Shown in pieces: positions 1-13,517 of a DNA stretch of 64,000 nucleotides. Made by a program: the position numbers and the translations under genes. The stretch comes from Escherichia phage S143_2. The stretch is from the sequence record MZ189261.1; one strand, written 5' to 3'. How positions within the stretch are numbered: position 1 is the first letter of the stretch; each line of letters opens with the position of its first letter. Below the pieces are notes generated by a model. It was not told where the DNA came from. It worked only from the letters and a program-made list of their open reading frames with translations, and did not search any database.

Positions 1-861
1 CCTATTGTAAATGTTGAATTAACTACAGACCAAATTTATGATTGTATTTCACGAGCGTTAGAACTTTATGGCGAATACCATTTTGACGGGTTGAATAAAG
101 GTTTCCATGTATTTTTTGTTGATGACGAAGAAAAATACCGTCACGGCGTATTTGATATGCGTGGTTCTAACGTATTTGCTGTAACAAGAATTATAAGAAC
201 AAATGTTGGCTCTATTACTTCAATGGATGGTAATGCAACTTATCCATGGTTCACTGATTTCCTTTTAGGAATGGCCGGTGTTTCAGGTGGTATGGGTAGT
301 AATTGTGGTAAATTCTACGGCCCGAACGCTTTTGGCGCTGACCTCGGGTATTATTCTCAATTAGTATCTTATATGGGTATGCTTCAAGATATGATTGCTC
401 CTCTTCCAGATTTTTGGTTTAACTCTGCAAACGAGCAATTAAAAGTAATGGGTAACTTTAGACAGAAAGATGTCATTATCGTTGAATCATATGTTCGCTC
501 TTATATCGAGACCCATAAGATGGTAGGAAATACAGTAGGGTACGGTCAGGTCGGTCCTCGTGATTCATGGTCTATTTCTGAACGTTATGATAATCCAGAC
601 CATAATTTGGTCGGACGTCGAGTTGGTGAAGATCCTGCAACTAAACAAGGCGCATATAACAACCGCTGGGTTAAAGATTATGCAACTGCATTAGCTAAAG
701 AGCTTAATGGACAAATTCTTGCTAAACATCAAGGTATGATGTTACCGGGTGGCGTCACTGTTGATGGTGTTCGATTAATTGAAGAAGCTCGTTTAGAGAA
801 AGAAGCTTTACGAGAAGAGTTATATTTACTGGACCCTCCTGCAGGTATTTTGGTAGGTTAA
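1..861 (+). CDS. 13: Neck protein gp13 (5'-truncated by window edge)
   Basis: Frame 1 open from base 1 ([38 protein letters not shown]...) to stop at 859-861; matches T4 gp13 C-terminal region as recalled; followed by gene 14. Confidence 0.88.
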   Translation, partial: PIVNVELTTDQIYDCISRALELYGEYHFDGLNKGFHVFFVDDEEKYRHGVFDMRGSNVFAVTRIIRTNVGSITSMDGNATYPWFTDFLLGMAGVSGGMGSNCGKFYGPNAFGADLGYYSQLVSYMGMLQDMIAPLPDFWFNSANEQLKVMGNFRQKDVIIVESYVRSYIETHKMVGNTVGYGQVGPRDSWSISERYDNPDHNLVGRRVGEDPATKQGAYNNRWVKDYATALAKELNGQILAKHQGMMLPGGVTVDGVRLIEEARLEKEALREELYLLDPPAGILVG

Positions 862-862
862 T

Positions 863-1498
863 ATGGCAACATACTACAGATTGTATATTACAACATTTGA
901 AACATCCACCGGTATAAAGATTTATGGTGGTAAACACAAATCAGTTTACGAAGACCCTTCAAAAGACCCTTATACTGGGTCTGGTACCTTTATACGAAGG
1001 GCCAAAAGAAAATACGGTCCGTCTTGTATAAAAGAAATTATATGGTCTAAGCCATTTGAATCTAAAGCTCTAATGGATGAAGCTGAAGAGTTACTGGTAG
1101 ATGAATTATCCATTTTAGAAAATTGCGCAAATCTTGTTAAAGGTGGTGCAGGCGGAAGGTCGTATATTAACCCAGAAGATAATCCATCTATAGGACAAAA
1201 ACGTTCAGCCCAATCTAAAAAGAAAATGTCTGACGCCGCAAAATCAAGAAAATGGACTGAAGAAGGGTTAAGAAAACGTAAAGAATCTACAGCAAGAATG
1301 TGGAAAGATTTCAAACATAGACATCCTGATTTTTCTGGTTCAAAAAATCCAGCAGCTCGAAAAGTTAGTGTAAATGGTAAAATATTTAACACCTGCAAAG
1401 AATGTGGTGAAGAATTTAATATCACATCAAGCGCGGTTATAGGCCGATGCAAAAACAACAAACCTAAATGGGCAGGATGGAATTATGTCGACGTATAA
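863..1498 (+). CDS. Seg-like GIY-YIG homing endonuclease (putative), inserted between genes 13 and 14
   Basis: 211-aa ORF; N-terminal YRLY-x11-IYGG spacing like GIY-x10-11-YIG, later [16 protein letters not shown] resembling the conserved Glu/Asn region of I-TevI; C-terminal CKECG...C zinc-finger-like; starts 2 nt after gp13 stop and overlaps gp14 start by 14 nt. Confidence 0.55.
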   Translation: MATYYRLYITTFETSTGIKIYGGKHKSVYEDPSKDPYTGSGTFIRRAKRKYGPSCIKEIIWSKPFESKALMDEAEELLVDELSILENCANLVKGGAGGRSYINPEDNPSIGQKRSAQSKKKMSDAAKSRKWTEEGLRKRKESTARMWKDFKHRHPDFSGSKNPAARKVSVNGKIFNTCKECGEEFNITSSAVIGRCKNNKPKWAGWNYVDV

Positions 1499-2249
1499 TT
1501 CAAATTTATTTGCAAAGTTAGAAAACCGAGAAGGCTATTCTAAAACTAATGAAACCGAGATTTTAAACAAATACGTGAACTTCAACAAATACGAAAATAG
1601 TCAGACATTAGCCGATGTTCTAGTGGCAGAAAGCATACAGATGCGCGGTATTGAATGTTTTTATGTTCCACGTGAATATGTTGCCGTGGACCTTATCTTT
1701 GGTGAGGACCTTAAAAATAAATTTACTAAAGCATGGAAATTTGCTGCATATCTGAACTCTTTTGAAGGTTATGAAGGAGCGAAATCGTTCTTCAGCAACT
1801 TCGGAATGCAAGTTCAAGACGAAGTTACATTATCTATTAACCCAGGTCTTTTCAAACACCAGGTCAACAATCAGGAGCCCAAGGAAGGTGATTTAATATA
1901 CTTCCCAATGGACAACAGTTTGTTTGAGATTAACTGGGTTGAACCATATGACCCATTCTATCAAGTAGGTAAAAATGCGATTCGTAAAATTACTGCAGGC
2001 AAGTTTATTTACTCTGGCGAAGAAATCAATCCGGTGCTTCAGAAAAATGAAGGTATCAATATACCTGAATTTAGTGACTTGGAACTTAACCCTGTTAGAA
2101 ATCTTGACGGTATCCATGACATTAATATCGATGAATATTCTGAAGTTGAGCAAATCAATTCAGAGGCAAGTGAATATGTTGAGCCGTATGTAGTAGTTAA
2201 CAACCGTGGTAGACAAAATTCACCATTTGACGATGGGTTTATGAATTAA
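1485..2249 (+). CDS. 14: Neck protein gp14
   Basis: 254-aa ORF ([28 protein letters not shown]...); size and sequence match T4 gp14 as recalled. Confidence 0.88.
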   Translation: MSTYNSNLFAKLENREGYSKTNETEILNKYVNFNKYENSQTLADVLVAESIQMRGIECFYVPREYVAVDLIFGEDLKNKFTKAWKFAAYLNSFEGYEGAKSFFSNFGMQVQDEVTLSINPGLFKHQVNNQEPKEGDLIYFPMDNSLFEINWVEPYDPFYQVGKNAIRKITAGKFIYSGEEINPVLQKNEGINIPEFSDLELNPVRNLDGIHDINIDEYSEVEQINSEASEYVEPYVVVNNRGRQNSPFDDGFMN

Positions 2250-2301
2250 TAAATAGATAAGATAAAGCAAACACCGGTCGAAAGGCCGGTTAGGAGAAAT
2301 G

Positions 2302-3123
2302 ATGTTTGGTTATTTTTACAACTCGTCGTTCAGGCGATATATCACAATGATGGGCGATTTGTTTTCAAATATCCAAGTTAACCGTCAATTGTCTACAGGC
2401 AATAAATTAATTAGAGTTCCTATTACGTACGCATCTAAAGAGCACTTTATGATGAAACTTAATAAATGGACCTCTATAAACTCACAAGAAGATGTGGCTA
2501 AAGTCGAAACTATTCTACCACGTATAAATCTCCAAATGGTAGATTTCGTTTATAACCCAACGTTTAAAACGAATATATTGAATAACTCTCTTTTGAGTAA
2601 ATCGACTAAGGATATTGTAGACCAATACAACCCATCACCAATTAAAATGATTTTTGAACTGAGCATCTTTACTCGTTATGAAGATGATATGTTCCAAATC
2701 GTTGAGCAAATTATTCCATATTTTCAGCCGCATTTTAATACGACTATGATTGAGCAATATGGGCAGGATATTCCATTTGAAAGGGATATTAAAGTCGTAT
2801 GGATGGCAGCATCAATGGATGAACAAATAGACGGTGATAATTTATCTCGTCGACGTTTAGAGTGGTCATTAACATTTGAAGTAAATGGATGGATGTATCC
2901 TCCGGTAGGCGCAGCAGAAGGCCTTATTAAAACGACTTATCTTGATTTTCATGCTAATGAACGAGACCTTCAATCAGCCGCCAGCGTTTTTGAATCAGTT
3001 GATACAGAAATTAAACCGAGAGACGTTGAAGCACAAGATTGGAATGGCGAAGTTGAACAAACTTATACTCATGATATTCCAATCCCGACTCCACCAACCC
3101 CTCCTGGTCCTAGAAAACAATAA
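2302..3123 (+). CDS. 15: Tail sheath stabiliser / tail completion protein gp15
   Basis: MFGYFYNSSFRRY... matches T4 gp15; second ATG chosen because AGGAG is 5 nt upstream of it. Confidence 0.88.
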   Translation: MFGYFYNSSFRRYITMMGDLFSNIQVNRQLSTGNKLIRVPITYASKEHFMMKLNKWTSINSQEDVAKVETILPRINLQMVDFVYNPTFKTNILNNSLLSKSTKDIVDQYNPSPIKMIFELSIFTRYEDDMFQIVEQIIPYFQPHFNTTMIEQYGQDIPFERDIKVVWMAASMDEQIDGDNLSRRRLEWSLTFEVNGWMYPPVGAAEGLIKTTYLDFHANERDLQSAASVFESVDTEIKPRDVEAQDWNGEVEQTYTHDIPIPTPPTPPGPRKQ

Positions 3124-5449
<2,326 letters not shown>

Positions 5450-5476
5450 AAATAAAGCAAATTAAGAGGAATTAAA

Positions 5477-7459
5477 ATGGCACTTCTCTCTCCGGGCGTT
5501 GAGCTCAAAGAAACTACCGTACAGAGTACTGTAGTTAATAACTCCACTGGTACTGCTGCCCTGGCTGGAAAATTCCAATGGGGACCGGCATTCCAGATTA
5601 AACAAATCACTGATGAAGTTGCATTAGTTGATATGTTTGGTACTCCTAATACGGATACAGCAGATTATTTCATGTCTGCTATGAACTTCCTTCAATATGG
5701 TAATGACCTTCGTGTTGTACGCGCAGTTGATCGTGATACTGCTAAGAACTCATCTCCTGTAGCAGGCAATATTGAATTCACAATCTCTGCTACCGGTAGT
5801 AACTATGCAGTCGGTGATAAAATTATCGTTAAGTATTTGACCGAAACTGTTGAAGCAGATGGTTATGTCACTTCAGTTGATGTTGACGGTAAAATTCTTA
5901 ACATTTATATCCCAACTGGTAAAATTATTGCTCGTGCAAAAGAAATTAATGAATATCCGGCATTGGGTTCTAATTGGACGGCCGAAGTTGCCAGTTCTTC
6001 TTCTGGACTTTCTGGCGTTATTACAATTGGTTCTATCGTAACCGATTCGGGTATTCTGTTAACTGAAGTTGAAACTTCTGAAGAAGCTATTACTTCTCTA
6101 ACTTTCCAAGAATCTATTAAAAAATATGGTGTCCCAGGCGTAGTTGCTCTTTATCCTGGTGAACTTGGCGACCAGCTTGAAATTGAAATCGTATCTAAAG
6201 CAGACTATGACAAAGGTGCTTCAGCCCAGTTAAAAATTTATCCTGATGGTGGTACTCGTGCATCTACTGCTAAAGCAGTGTTTGGATATGGCCCACAAAC
6301 TGATGACCAATATGCAATTATTGTTCGTCGTAACGATGCTGTAGTTCAGAGCGTAATTCTTTCTACTAAGCGTGGTGAACGCGATATTTATGGTAGTAAT
6401 ATCTTTATTGATGATTTCTTTGCTAAAGGCGCAAGCAATTATATTTTCGCTACTTCACAAGGTTGGCCAAAAGGTTTCTCTGGCGTAATCAAACTGGGTG
6501 GCGGCTTATCATCTAATGAAACGGTTGACGCTGGTGATTTAATGGAAGCTTGGGATTTGTTTGCTGACCGTGAATCTGTTAATGCGCAGTTGTTTATTGC
6601 TGGTTCTTGTGCAGGTGAATCTTTAGAAGTTGCTTCTACAGTTCAGAAACATGTTGTAGCAATTGGTGATTCTCGCCAAGATTGTTTGGTTCTTTGCTCA
6701 CCGCCACGTGCAACTATAGTCGGTATTCCTGTTAATCGTGCAGTTGATAATCTGGTTGATTGGCGTACTGCGTCAGGAACTTACACTGATAATAACTTTA
6801 ATGTAAGTTCTACTTATGCTGCTATTGACGGTAACTATAAATATCAATATGACAAATATAATGACGTGAATCGTTGGGTTCCATTAGCTGCTGATATTGC
6901 TGGTCTTTGTGCTCGCACAGACAATATTTCTCAGCCTTGGATGTCTCCTGCCGGTTATAACCGTGGACAAATTCTTAACGTTATTAAGCTTGCAATTGAA
7001 ACTCGCCAAGCGCAGCGTGATCGTTTGTATCAGGAAGCTATTAACCCTGTTACTGGTACAGGTGGTGATGGGTATGTTCTGTACGGTGATAAAACTGCCA
7101 CTTCTGTTCCTTCACCATTTGACCGTATTAACGTTCGTCGTTTGTTCAATATGGTTAAAACGAACATTGGTTCAGCATCTAAATATCGCCTGTTTGAATT
7201 GAACAACGCATTTACCCGTTCTTCTTTCCGTACAGAGACTTCTCAATATCTACAGGGTATTAAAGCTCTTGGTGGTGTATATAACTTTAAAGTTGTTTGT
7301 GATACTACCAATAACACCCCAGCAGTTATCGACCGTAATGAATTTGTAGCTACTTTCTACTTACAACCTGCCCGCTCGATAAATTATATTACGTTGAACT
7401 TTGTAGCAACAGCAACTGGTGCCGATTTCGACGAACTAATTGGTACTGTAAGTGGCTAA
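5477..7459 (+). CDS. 18: Tail sheath protein gp18
   Basis: 660 aa; MALLSPGVELKETTVQSTVVNNSTGTAALAGKFQWGPAFQ... essentially the T4 gp18 sequence as recalled. Confidence 0.97.
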   Translation: MALLSPGVELKETTVQSTVVNNSTGTAALAGKFQWGPAFQIKQITDEVALVDMFGTPNTDTADYFMSAMNFLQYGNDLRVVRAVDRDTAKNSSPVAGNIEFTISATGSNYAVGDKIIVKYLTETVEADGYVTSVDVDGKILNIYIPTGKIIARAKEINEYPALGSNWTAEVASSSSGLSGVITIGSIVTDSGILLTEVETSEEAITSLTFQESIKKYGVPGVVALYPGELGDQLEIEIVSKADYDKGASAQLKIYPDGGTRASTAKAVFGYGPQTDDQYAIIVRRNDAVVQSVILSTKRGERDIYGSNIFIDDFFAKGASNYIFATSQGWPKGFSGVIKLGGGLSSNETVDAGDLMEAWDLFADRESVNAQLFIAGSCAGESLEVASTVQKHVVAIGDSRQDCLVLCSPPRATIVGIPVNRAVDNLVDWRTASGTYTDNNFNVSSTYAAIDGNYKYQYDKYNDVNRWVPLAADIAGLCARTDNISQPWMSPAGYNRGQILNVIKLAIETRQAQRDRLYQEAINPVTGTGGDGYVLYGDKTATSVPSPFDRINVRRLFNMVKTNIGSASKYRLFELNNAFTRSSFRTETSQYLQGIKALGGVYNFKVVCDTTNNTPAVIDRNEFVATFYLQPARSINYITLNFVATATGADFDELIGTVSG

Positions 7460-7470
7460 TAAGACGCCTG

Positions 7471-7492
7471 ATGGGCTATTTCGGTAGCCCAT
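7471..7492 (+). terminator. Stem-loop after gene 18 (ATGGGCTA-TTTCGG-TAGCCCAT)
   Basis: Perfect 8-bp inverted repeat 11 nt after gene 18 stop, followed by AT-rich sequence; abuts the gene 19 late promoter. Confidence 0.4.
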
Positions 7493-7499
7493 ATAAATA
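7492..7499 (+). promoter_or_regulatory. Late promoter TATAAATA upstream of gene 19
   Basis: TATAAATA within CATATAAATATAACTATA, a motif that recurs upstream of gene 20. Confidence 0.55.
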
Positions 7500-7572
7500 T
7501 AACTATATCGTTTAAAAATTAATTCTATGGGCATCTGGTTAATCCTAAGCCCATATTACTACAGAGGCTAAT

Positions 7573-8064
7573 ATGTTTGTAGATGACGTAACTCGCGCCT
7601 TCGAATCAGGTGATTTCGCTCGCCCTAACCTGTTCGAAGTAGAAATCTCTTATCTTGGGCAAAACTTTAGCTTCCAGTGTCGTGCTACGGCTCTTCCTGC
7701 TGCGATCGTTGAAAAGGTTCCTGTTTCTTATATGAACCGTAAAATTAACGTGGCTGGTGATCGTACATTCGATGATTGGACTATTACAGTAATGAACGAT
7801 GATGCTCATAGCATTCGTCAGAAATTTGTTGATTGGCAAGGTATTGCAGCAGGACAAGGTAATGAAATTACCGGTGGTAAACCTGCCGAATATAAAAAGA
7901 CTGCTATCGTTCGTCAATTTGCTCGTGATGCTAAAACGGTCACTAAAGAAGTTGAAATTGTTGGCTTGTGGCCTACTAACGTTGGTGAAGTATCTCTTGA
8001 TTGGGACAGCAATAACGAGATTGAAACGTTCGAAGTAACTCTTGCTCTTGATTGGTGGGAATAA
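7573..8064 (+). CDS. 19: Tail tube protein gp19
   Basis: 163 aa, identical length to T4 gp19; synteny 18-19-20. Confidence 0.93.
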   Translation: MFVDDVTRAFESGDFARPNLFEVEISYLGQNFSFQCRATALPAAIVEKVPVSYMNRKINVAGDRTFDDWTITVMNDDAHSIRQKFVDWQGIAAGQGNEITGGKPAEYKKTAIVRQFARDAKTVTKEVEIVGLWPTNVGEVSLDWDSNNEIETFEVTLALDWWE

Positions 8065-8112
8065 TCTGGTTGGGGAGAAATCCCCAGCTTCCCGTGATGA
8101 CGGAGAAGTCCA

Positions 8113-8120
8113 TATAAATA
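8113..8120 (+). promoter_or_regulatory. Late promoter TATAAATA upstream of gene 20
   Basis: TATAAATA 28 nt upstream of gene 20 ATG; same CATATAAATATAACTATA motif as before gene 19. Confidence 0.55.
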
Positions 8121-8148
8121 TAACTATAATTCCCATTCGGAGAATACA

Positions 8149-9720
8149 ATGAAATTTAATATCTTAAGTTTGTTTGCTCCATGGGCAAAAATGGACGAAC
8201 GTGATTACAAAGACCAAGAAAAAGAAAATTTAGAATCTATCACCACACCAAAATTAGACGACGGCGCTAAAGAATACGAAGTATCTGAAAATGAAGCACA
8301 GCAAACATATAATGCTATGTTTCAGAGAATGTTCGGTAGTCAAGAACCAGGGCTCAAATCAACCCGTGAATTAATCGATACGTATCGAAATTTGATGACG
8401 AACTATGAAGTGGATAACGCGGTCTCTGAAATAGTTTCCGATGCTATCGTGTATGAAGATGATACAGAAGTCGTTTCTATAAATTTAGACAACACAAAAT
8501 TTAGTCCAAATATCAAATCAATGATGTTGGATGAATTTAATGAAGTGTTAAATCATTTATCTTTCCAACGTAAAGGTTCAGATCATTTTAGACGTTGGTA
8601 TGTGGATTCTCGAATTTTCTTCCATAAAATTATTGACCCTAAACGCCCTAAAGAAGGTATTAAAGAGCTTCGTCGTTTAGACCCACGTCAAGTTCAATAT
8701 GTCCGTGAAGTTATTACAACCACTGAAGCCGGTGTTAAAATAGTCAAGGGTTATAAAGAATATTTCATTTATGACACGTCACACGAATCTTATGCTTGTG
8801 ATGGTCGCATATATGAAGCTGGCACAAAAATAAAAATCCCTAAAGCCGCGATTGTTTACGCCCATTCTGGTTTAGTTGATTGTTGTGGTAAAAATATCAT
8901 CGGTTATTTGCATCGGGCTATTAAGCCAGCGAACCAATTAAAACTTCTTGAAGATGCTGTCGTAATTTATCGTATTACTCGTGCTCCTGATCGTCGTGTA
9001 TGGTACGTTGATACAGGTAATATGCCTTCAAGAAAAGCAGCAGAACATATGCAACATGTTATGAATACGATGAAAAACCGTATTGCATATGATGCTACTA
9101 CAGGCAAGATTAAAAACCAGCAGCATATTATGTCGATGACCGAAGATTATTGGTTACAACGACGTGATGGTAAAGCAGTAACAGAAGTTGACACATTACC
9201 GGGTGCAGATAATACCGGAAATATGGAAGATGTACGTTGGTTCCGTAATGCGCTTTATATGGCTTTACGTATTCCTATTACCCGTATTCCAAGTGACCAA
9301 GGTGGTATACAGTTTGATGCTGGTACTTCTATTACACGAGATGAATTGTCATTTGGTAAATTTATTCGTGAGCTGCAACATAAATTTGAAGAGATATTCC
9401 TAGACCCGCTTAAAACTAATTTAATTCTTAAAGGAATTATTACAGAAGATGAGTGGAATGATGAAATAAATAATATTAAGATAAAATTTCATCGGGATAG
9501 TTATTTCTCGGAATTAAAGGATGCTGAGATTCTGGAGCGTCGCATTAATATGCTTCAGATGGCCGAACCATTTATTGGTAAATATATTTCTCACAGAACA
9601 GCTATGAAAGATATTCTTCAGATGTCTGACGAGGAAATTGAACAAGAGGCTAAGCAAATTGAAGAAGAGTCGAAAGAGGCTCGTTTCCAAGACCCCGACC
9701 AAGAACAAGAGGATTTTTAA
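8149..9720 (+). CDS. 20: Portal vertex protein gp20
   Basis: 523 aa (T4 gp20 is about 524); position between tail tube and prohead core genes. Confidence 0.93.
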   Translation: MKFNILSLFAPWAKMDERDYKDQEKENLESITTPKLDDGAKEYEVSENEAQQTYNAMFQRMFGSQEPGLKSTRELIDTYRNLMTNYEVDNAVSEIVSDAIVYEDDTEVVSINLDNTKFSPNIKSMMLDEFNEVLNHLSFQRKGSDHFRRWYVDSRIFFHKIIDPKRPKEGIKELRRLDPRQVQYVREVITTTEAGVKIVKGYKEYFIYDTSHESYACDGRIYEAGTKIKIPKAAIVYAHSGLVDCCGKNIIGYLHRAIKPANQLKLLEDAVVIYRITRAPDRRVWYVDTGNMPSRKAAEHMQHVMNTMKNRIAYDATTGKIKNQQHIMSMTEDYWLQRRDGKAVTEVDTLPGADNTGNMEDVRWFRNALYMALRIPITRIPSDQGGIQFDAGTSITRDELSFGKFIRELQHKFEEIFLDPLKTNLILKGIITEDEWNDEINNIKIKFHRDSYFSELKDAEILERRINMLQMAEPFIGKYISHRTAMKDILQMSDEEIEQEAKQIEEESKEARFQDPDQEQEDF

Positions 9721-9956
9721 TGGACGATTTAATTCAAGCTATTAAATCAAACGACCTCGTTGCTACTCGAAAGTTTTTTGAAAGTGCAATGGCAGAAAAA
9801 ACGGTTCGTTTGATTGAAGCACGCAAAGCAGAAATCGCGTCTCAATTTTTGATTGAAGGCGAAGAACCTGAAGAAGAAAAGAAAGCTAAAGCTTCGGAAG
9901 ACGACGCTGATGAAGGCGATGACGACGAAGACGAAGATGATGAGGACGATGAATAA
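9720..9956 (+). CDS. 67: Prohead core protein gp67
   Basis: 78 aa with acidic D/E-rich C-terminus; T4 order 20-67-68-21. Confidence 0.8.
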   Translation: MDDLIQAIKSNDLVATRKFFESAMAEKTVRLIEARKAEIASQFLIEGEEPEEEKKAKASEDDADEGDDDEDEDDEDDE

Positions 9957-10381
9957 TGTATCTTATCCCTGAATCTTATGAATTGGTACTCGAAAATGTC
10001 GAAGCACTTATTCCTGAAGCACAGGGCCGAATCGATGCATTGTCTTCTGCTCTCGATATTGACGATATAAATACTATTATCGAGAACATGCTTGAAACTG
10101 AAACGGATTTAGCTGTTGCAATGGCTTCCATTATTAATGAAGAACAGTTAAATGAGTTTATTGTTAAACATGTTTCTTCTCGTGGTGAAGTCACCCGCAC
10201 TAAAGACCGTAAAACTCGTGAACGTAACGCGTTCCAAACAACCGGTCTTTCTAAAGCAAAACGTAGACAAATCGCTCGTAAGGTCGTTAAAGCTAAAAAA
10301 GCTAACCCTTCAGGCCAAGTTAAAGGCTTGCGTAAGCGTAAAAAAGCTCTTAAACGTCGTAAAGCATTAGGATTAAGCTAA
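9956..10381 (+). CDS. 68: Prohead core protein gp68
   Basis: 141 aa with basic C-terminus; synteny. Confidence 0.8.
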   Translation: MYLIPESYELVLENVEALIPEAQGRIDALSSALDIDDINTIIENMLETETDLAVAMASIINEEQLNEFIVKHVSSRGEVTRTKDRKTRERNAFQTTGLSKAKRRQIARKVVKAKKANPSGQVKGLRKRKKALKRRKALGLS

Positions 10382-11028
10382 TGAATAAACCCGAGTTACT
10401 TATTGAAACTTGGGGTCAACCCGGTGAGATTATTGATGGCGTTCCAATGTTGGAATCTCATGATGGAAAAGATTCTGGCTTAAAACCAGGGCTTTATATA
10501 GAAGGTATTTTTCTTCAGGCAGAGGTTGTTAACCGAAATAAACGTTTATATCCTAAACGCGTTTTGGAAAAAGCAGTAAGTGACTATATTAAAGAACAAG
10601 TCGCAACCAAACAAGCCCTTGGAGAATTAAACCATCCACCTCGTGCAAATGTTGACCCCATGCAAGCCGCTATCATTATTGAAGATATGTGGTGGAAAGG
10701 AAACGATGTATATGGACGTGCTAGAATTATTGAAGGCGACCATGGTCCCGGCGATAAATTAGCTGCTAATATACGAGCTGGTTGGATTCCAGGTGTTTCC
10801 TCTCGTGGTCTTGGTTCTTTAACCGACACCAATAAAGGGTACCGTATCGTGAACGAAGGATTTAAATTAACCGTCGGCGTAGATGCCGTATGGGGACCTT
10901 CCGCTCCAGATGCTTGGGTTACTCCTAAACAAATATCAGAATCAGAATCAGAAAATTCGGTGGAAACCGCCAAAAACAGTGCTGATGAAGCATTTAAAGC
11001 TCTCGCAGAGAGTTTAAAAGCATTATAA
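10381..11028 (+). CDS. 21: Prohead core protease gp21
   Basis: 215 aa; position and similarity to T4 gp21 as recalled. Confidence 0.88.
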   Translation: MNKPELLIETWGQPGEIIDGVPMLESHDGKDSGLKPGLYIEGIFLQAEVVNRNKRLYPKRVLEKAVSDYIKEQVATKQALGELNHPPRANVDPMQAAIIIEDMWWKGNDVYGRARIIEGDHGPGDKLAANIRAGWIPGVSSRGLGSLTDTNKGYRIVNEGFKLTVGVDAVWGPSAPDAWVTPKQISESESENSVETAKNSADEAFKALAESLKAL

Positions 11029-11031
11029 ATA
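11024..11031 (+). promoter_or_regulatory. Late promoter TATAAATA upstream of gene 22
   Basis: TATAAATA overlapping gene 21 stop, about 30 nt upstream of gene 22 ATG. Confidence 0.5.
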
Positions 11032-11061
11032 ATAATGTAATCTAAACCACAGGACACTAAA

Positions 11062-11874
11062 ATGATCAAAGAACAACTTTTGAAAGAAGCTCAGAACATC
11101 GAGACTTCAGTTGCTCTTAATAGTGTTTTCGAATCAGTAGAACTGTCTCCGGACGTTAAAGCTAATTTCAGCACTGTATTCGAAGCCACCGTTAAGCAGG
11201 AAGCAGTCAAACTGGCTGAATCTCATATCAAAGCCATCGCCGAAAAGGCCGAAGAAGAAGTTGAAAAGGCTAAAGAAGATGCTGAAGAGAAAGCTGATAA
11301 AAAATTGGCTGAACAAGCTTCTAAATTCCTAGACCATCTTGCAAAAGAATGGCTCGCAGAAAACCAAATCGCAGTTGATAAAGGCATTAAAGCTGATTTG
11401 TTCGAATCCATGCTTGGTGGTCTGAAAGAACTGTTTGTTGAACATAACGTTGTTGTTCCAGAAGAATCTGTAGATGTTGTAGCAGAAATGGAAGAAGAGC
11501 TGGCCGAACATAAAGAAGAAACCGCTCGTTTGTTCGAAGAAGTTACCAAACGTGATGCATATATCAATTACGTTCAGCGTGAAACCGCTATTAATGAAAG
11601 CGTAAAAGACCTGACTGAATCTCAGAAAGAAAAAGTTATTGGCCTGGTTGAAGGTATGGATTATTCTGACGCATTTGGTACTAAGTTAACTGCTATTGTA
11701 GAAATGGTTAAAGGTTCTACTAAAGAAGAAGCCGCTATCACCGAAAGTATAAATACAGTTGACAATGACGCTGCCGGTCTTAATTTTGTTGCCGAAGCAG
11801 TTGACACTACCACAACTCAGGTAGAACAGAATTCTAATGTAAGTTTATATGCGAAAGTCGCATCTCGTTTCTAA
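11062..11874 (+). CDS. 22: Prohead core scaffold protein gp22
   Basis: 270 aa, acidic and coiled-coil-rich; T4 gp22 is about 269 aa. Confidence 0.88.
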   Translation: MIKEQLLKEAQNIETSVALNSVFESVELSPDVKANFSTVFEATVKQEAVKLAESHIKAIAEKAEEEVEKAKEDAEEKADKKLAEQASKFLDHLAKEWLAENQIAVDKGIKADLFESMLGGLKELFVEHNVVVPEESVDVVAEMEEELAEHKEETARLFEEVTKRDAYINYVQRETAINESVKDLTESQKEKVIGLVEGMDYSDAFGTKLTAIVEMVKGSTKEEAAITESINTVDNDAAGLNFVAEAVDTTTTQVEQNSNVSLYAKVASRF

Positions 11875-11891
11875 TTTAAAGGTTAACACAA

Positions 11892-13460
11892 ATGACTACT
11901 ATCAAAACTAAAGCTCAGCTCGTAGACAAATGGAAAGAACTGCTGGAAGGCGAAGGCCTGCCGGAAATCGCTAATAGCAAGCAGGCTATTATCGCTAAAA
12001 TCTTCGAAAACCAGGAAAAAGATTTCGAAGTATCCCCTGAATATAAAGACGAGAAAATCGCTCAGGCATTTGGTTCTTTCTTGACCGAAGCTGAAATTGG
12101 TGGTGACCACGGTTATAATGCTCAGAACATCGCAGCAGGTCAAACCTCTGGTGCAGTAACCCAGATTGGGCCAGCAGTTATGGGTATGGTTCGTCGTGCT
12201 ATTCCTAATCTGATCGCTTTTGATATTTGTGGTGTTCAGCCTATGAACAGCCCGACCGGTCAGGTATTTGCTCTCCGTGCAGTATATGGTAAAGACCCTA
12301 TCGCTGCTGGCGCTAAAGAAGCTTTCCATCCGATGTATGCCCCGGACGCGATGTTCTCTGGTCAGGGTGCTGCTAAGAAATTCCCAGCTCTGGCTGCTGG
12401 CACACAAACCACAGCAGGTGATATCTATACTCACTTCTTCCAGGACACTGGTACTGTGTATTTGCAGGCTTCTGTTCAAGTAACAATTGATGCTGGCGCT
12501 ACCGATGCAACTAAATTAGATGCTGAAATTAAGAAACAAATGGAAGCCGGTGCACTGGTAGAAATCGCTGAAGGTATGGCCACTTCTATCGCTGAACTTC
12601 AGGAAGGCTTCAATGGTTCTACCGACAACCCGTGGAACGAAATGGGCTTCCGTATCGACAAACAAGTTATTGAAGCTAAATCTCGTCAGCTGAAAGCAGC
12701 TTACTCCATCGAATTGGCACAAGACCTCCGTGCAGTACACGGTATGGATGCTGATGCTGAACTGAGTGGTATTCTTGCTACTGAAATTATGCTGGAAATC
12801 AACCGTGAAGTTGTTGACTGGATTAACTACTCCGCTCAGGTTGGTAAATCTGGTATGACTAATATCGTTGGTTCTAAAGCTGGTGTATTTGACTTCCAGG
12901 ACCCGATTGATATCCGTGGTGCTCGTTGGGCCGGTGAAAGCTTTAAAGCTCTGTTGTTCCAGATTGATAAAGAAGCAGTTGAAATTGCTCGTCAAACCGG
13001 TCGTGGTGAAGGTAACTTCATTATCGCTTCCCGTAACGTAGTTAACGTACTGGCTTCAGTTGATACTGGTATTTCTTATGCTGCACAGGGTCTGGCTTCT
13101 GGTTTTAATACCGACACTACTAAGTCTGTATTTGCCGGTGTACTTGGTGGTAAATACCGCGTATACATCGACCAGTATGCTAAACAGGATTACTTCACCG
13201 TTGGTTACAAAGGCGCTAACGAAATGGATGCAGGTATTTACTATGCTCCTTACGTTGCACTTACCCCACTGCGTGGTTCCGATCCTAAGAACTTCCAGCC
13301 GGTAATGGGCTTTAAAACTCGTTACGGTATCGGTGTTAACCCGTTTGCTGAAAGTTCCCTGCAGGCTCCAGGTGCTCGCATCCAGTCCGGTATGCCGTCT
13401 ATCCTGAACAGCCTTGGTAAGAACGCTTACTTTAGACGCGTCTACGTTAAAGGAATTTAA
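11892..13460 (+). CDS. 23: Major capsid protein gp23
   Basis: 522 aa; MTTIKTKAQLVDKWKELLEGEGLPEIAN... matches T4 gp23 as recalled. Confidence 0.97.
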   Translation: MTTIKTKAQLVDKWKELLEGEGLPEIANSKQAIIAKIFENQEKDFEVSPEYKDEKIAQAFGSFLTEAEIGGDHGYNAQNIAAGQTSGAVTQIGPAVMGMVRRAIPNLIAFDICGVQPMNSPTGQVFALRAVYGKDPIAAGAKEAFHPMYAPDAMFSGQGAAKKFPALAAGTQTTAGDIYTHFFQDTGTVYLQASVQVTIDAGATDATKLDAEIKKQMEAGALVEIAEGMATSIAELQEGFNGSTDNPWNEMGFRIDKQVIEAKSRQLKAAYSIELAQDLRAVHGMDADAELSGILATEIMLEINREVVDWINYSAQVGKSGMTNIVGSKAGVFDFQDPIDIRGARWAGESFKALLFQIDKEAVEIARQTGRGEGNFIIASRNVVNVLASVDTGISYAAQGLASGFNTDTTKSVFAGVLGGKYRVYIDQYAKQDYFTVGYKGANEMDAGIYYAPYVALTPLRGSDPKNFQPVMGFKTRYGIGVNPFAESSLQAPGARIQSGMPSILNSLGKNAYFRRVYVKGI

Positions 13461-13488
13461 TGCTTTAACGTTAAAATACATAACCTTA

Positions 13489-13512
13489 TGGGAGACTTCG
13501 GTCTCCCATTTT
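13489..13512. terminator. Bidirectional intrinsic terminator (GGGAGAC-UUCG-GUCUCCC plus T-run)
   Basis: Perfect 7-bp stem with UUCG tetraloop followed by TTTTT on +, A-rich on the other side; sits between gene 23 (+) and the 89-aa - strand ORF. Confidence 0.7.
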
Positions 13513-13517
13513 TGGTT

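Noticed and set aside
755-937. Antisense 60-aa ORF overlapping the gp13 end and the seg-like gene start
   Set aside because: Lies entirely opposite well-supported + strand coding sequence; no SD or promoter; typical shadow ORF.
970-1461. 163-aa - strand ORF inside the seg-like gene
   Set aside because: Antisense to a coding frame with recognisable motifs; judged spurious.
7606-8136. 176-aa - strand ORF opposite gene 19
   Set aside because: Antisense to the conserved tail tube gene; no translation signals.
11223-11567. Ser/Ala-rich 114-aa antisense ORF in gene 22
   Set aside because: Low-complexity reverse-frame artefact of the repetitive acidic scaffold gene.
12516-13481. - strand ORFs (159 and 141 aa) inside gene 23
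   Set aside because: Antisense to the major capsid gene; spurious.
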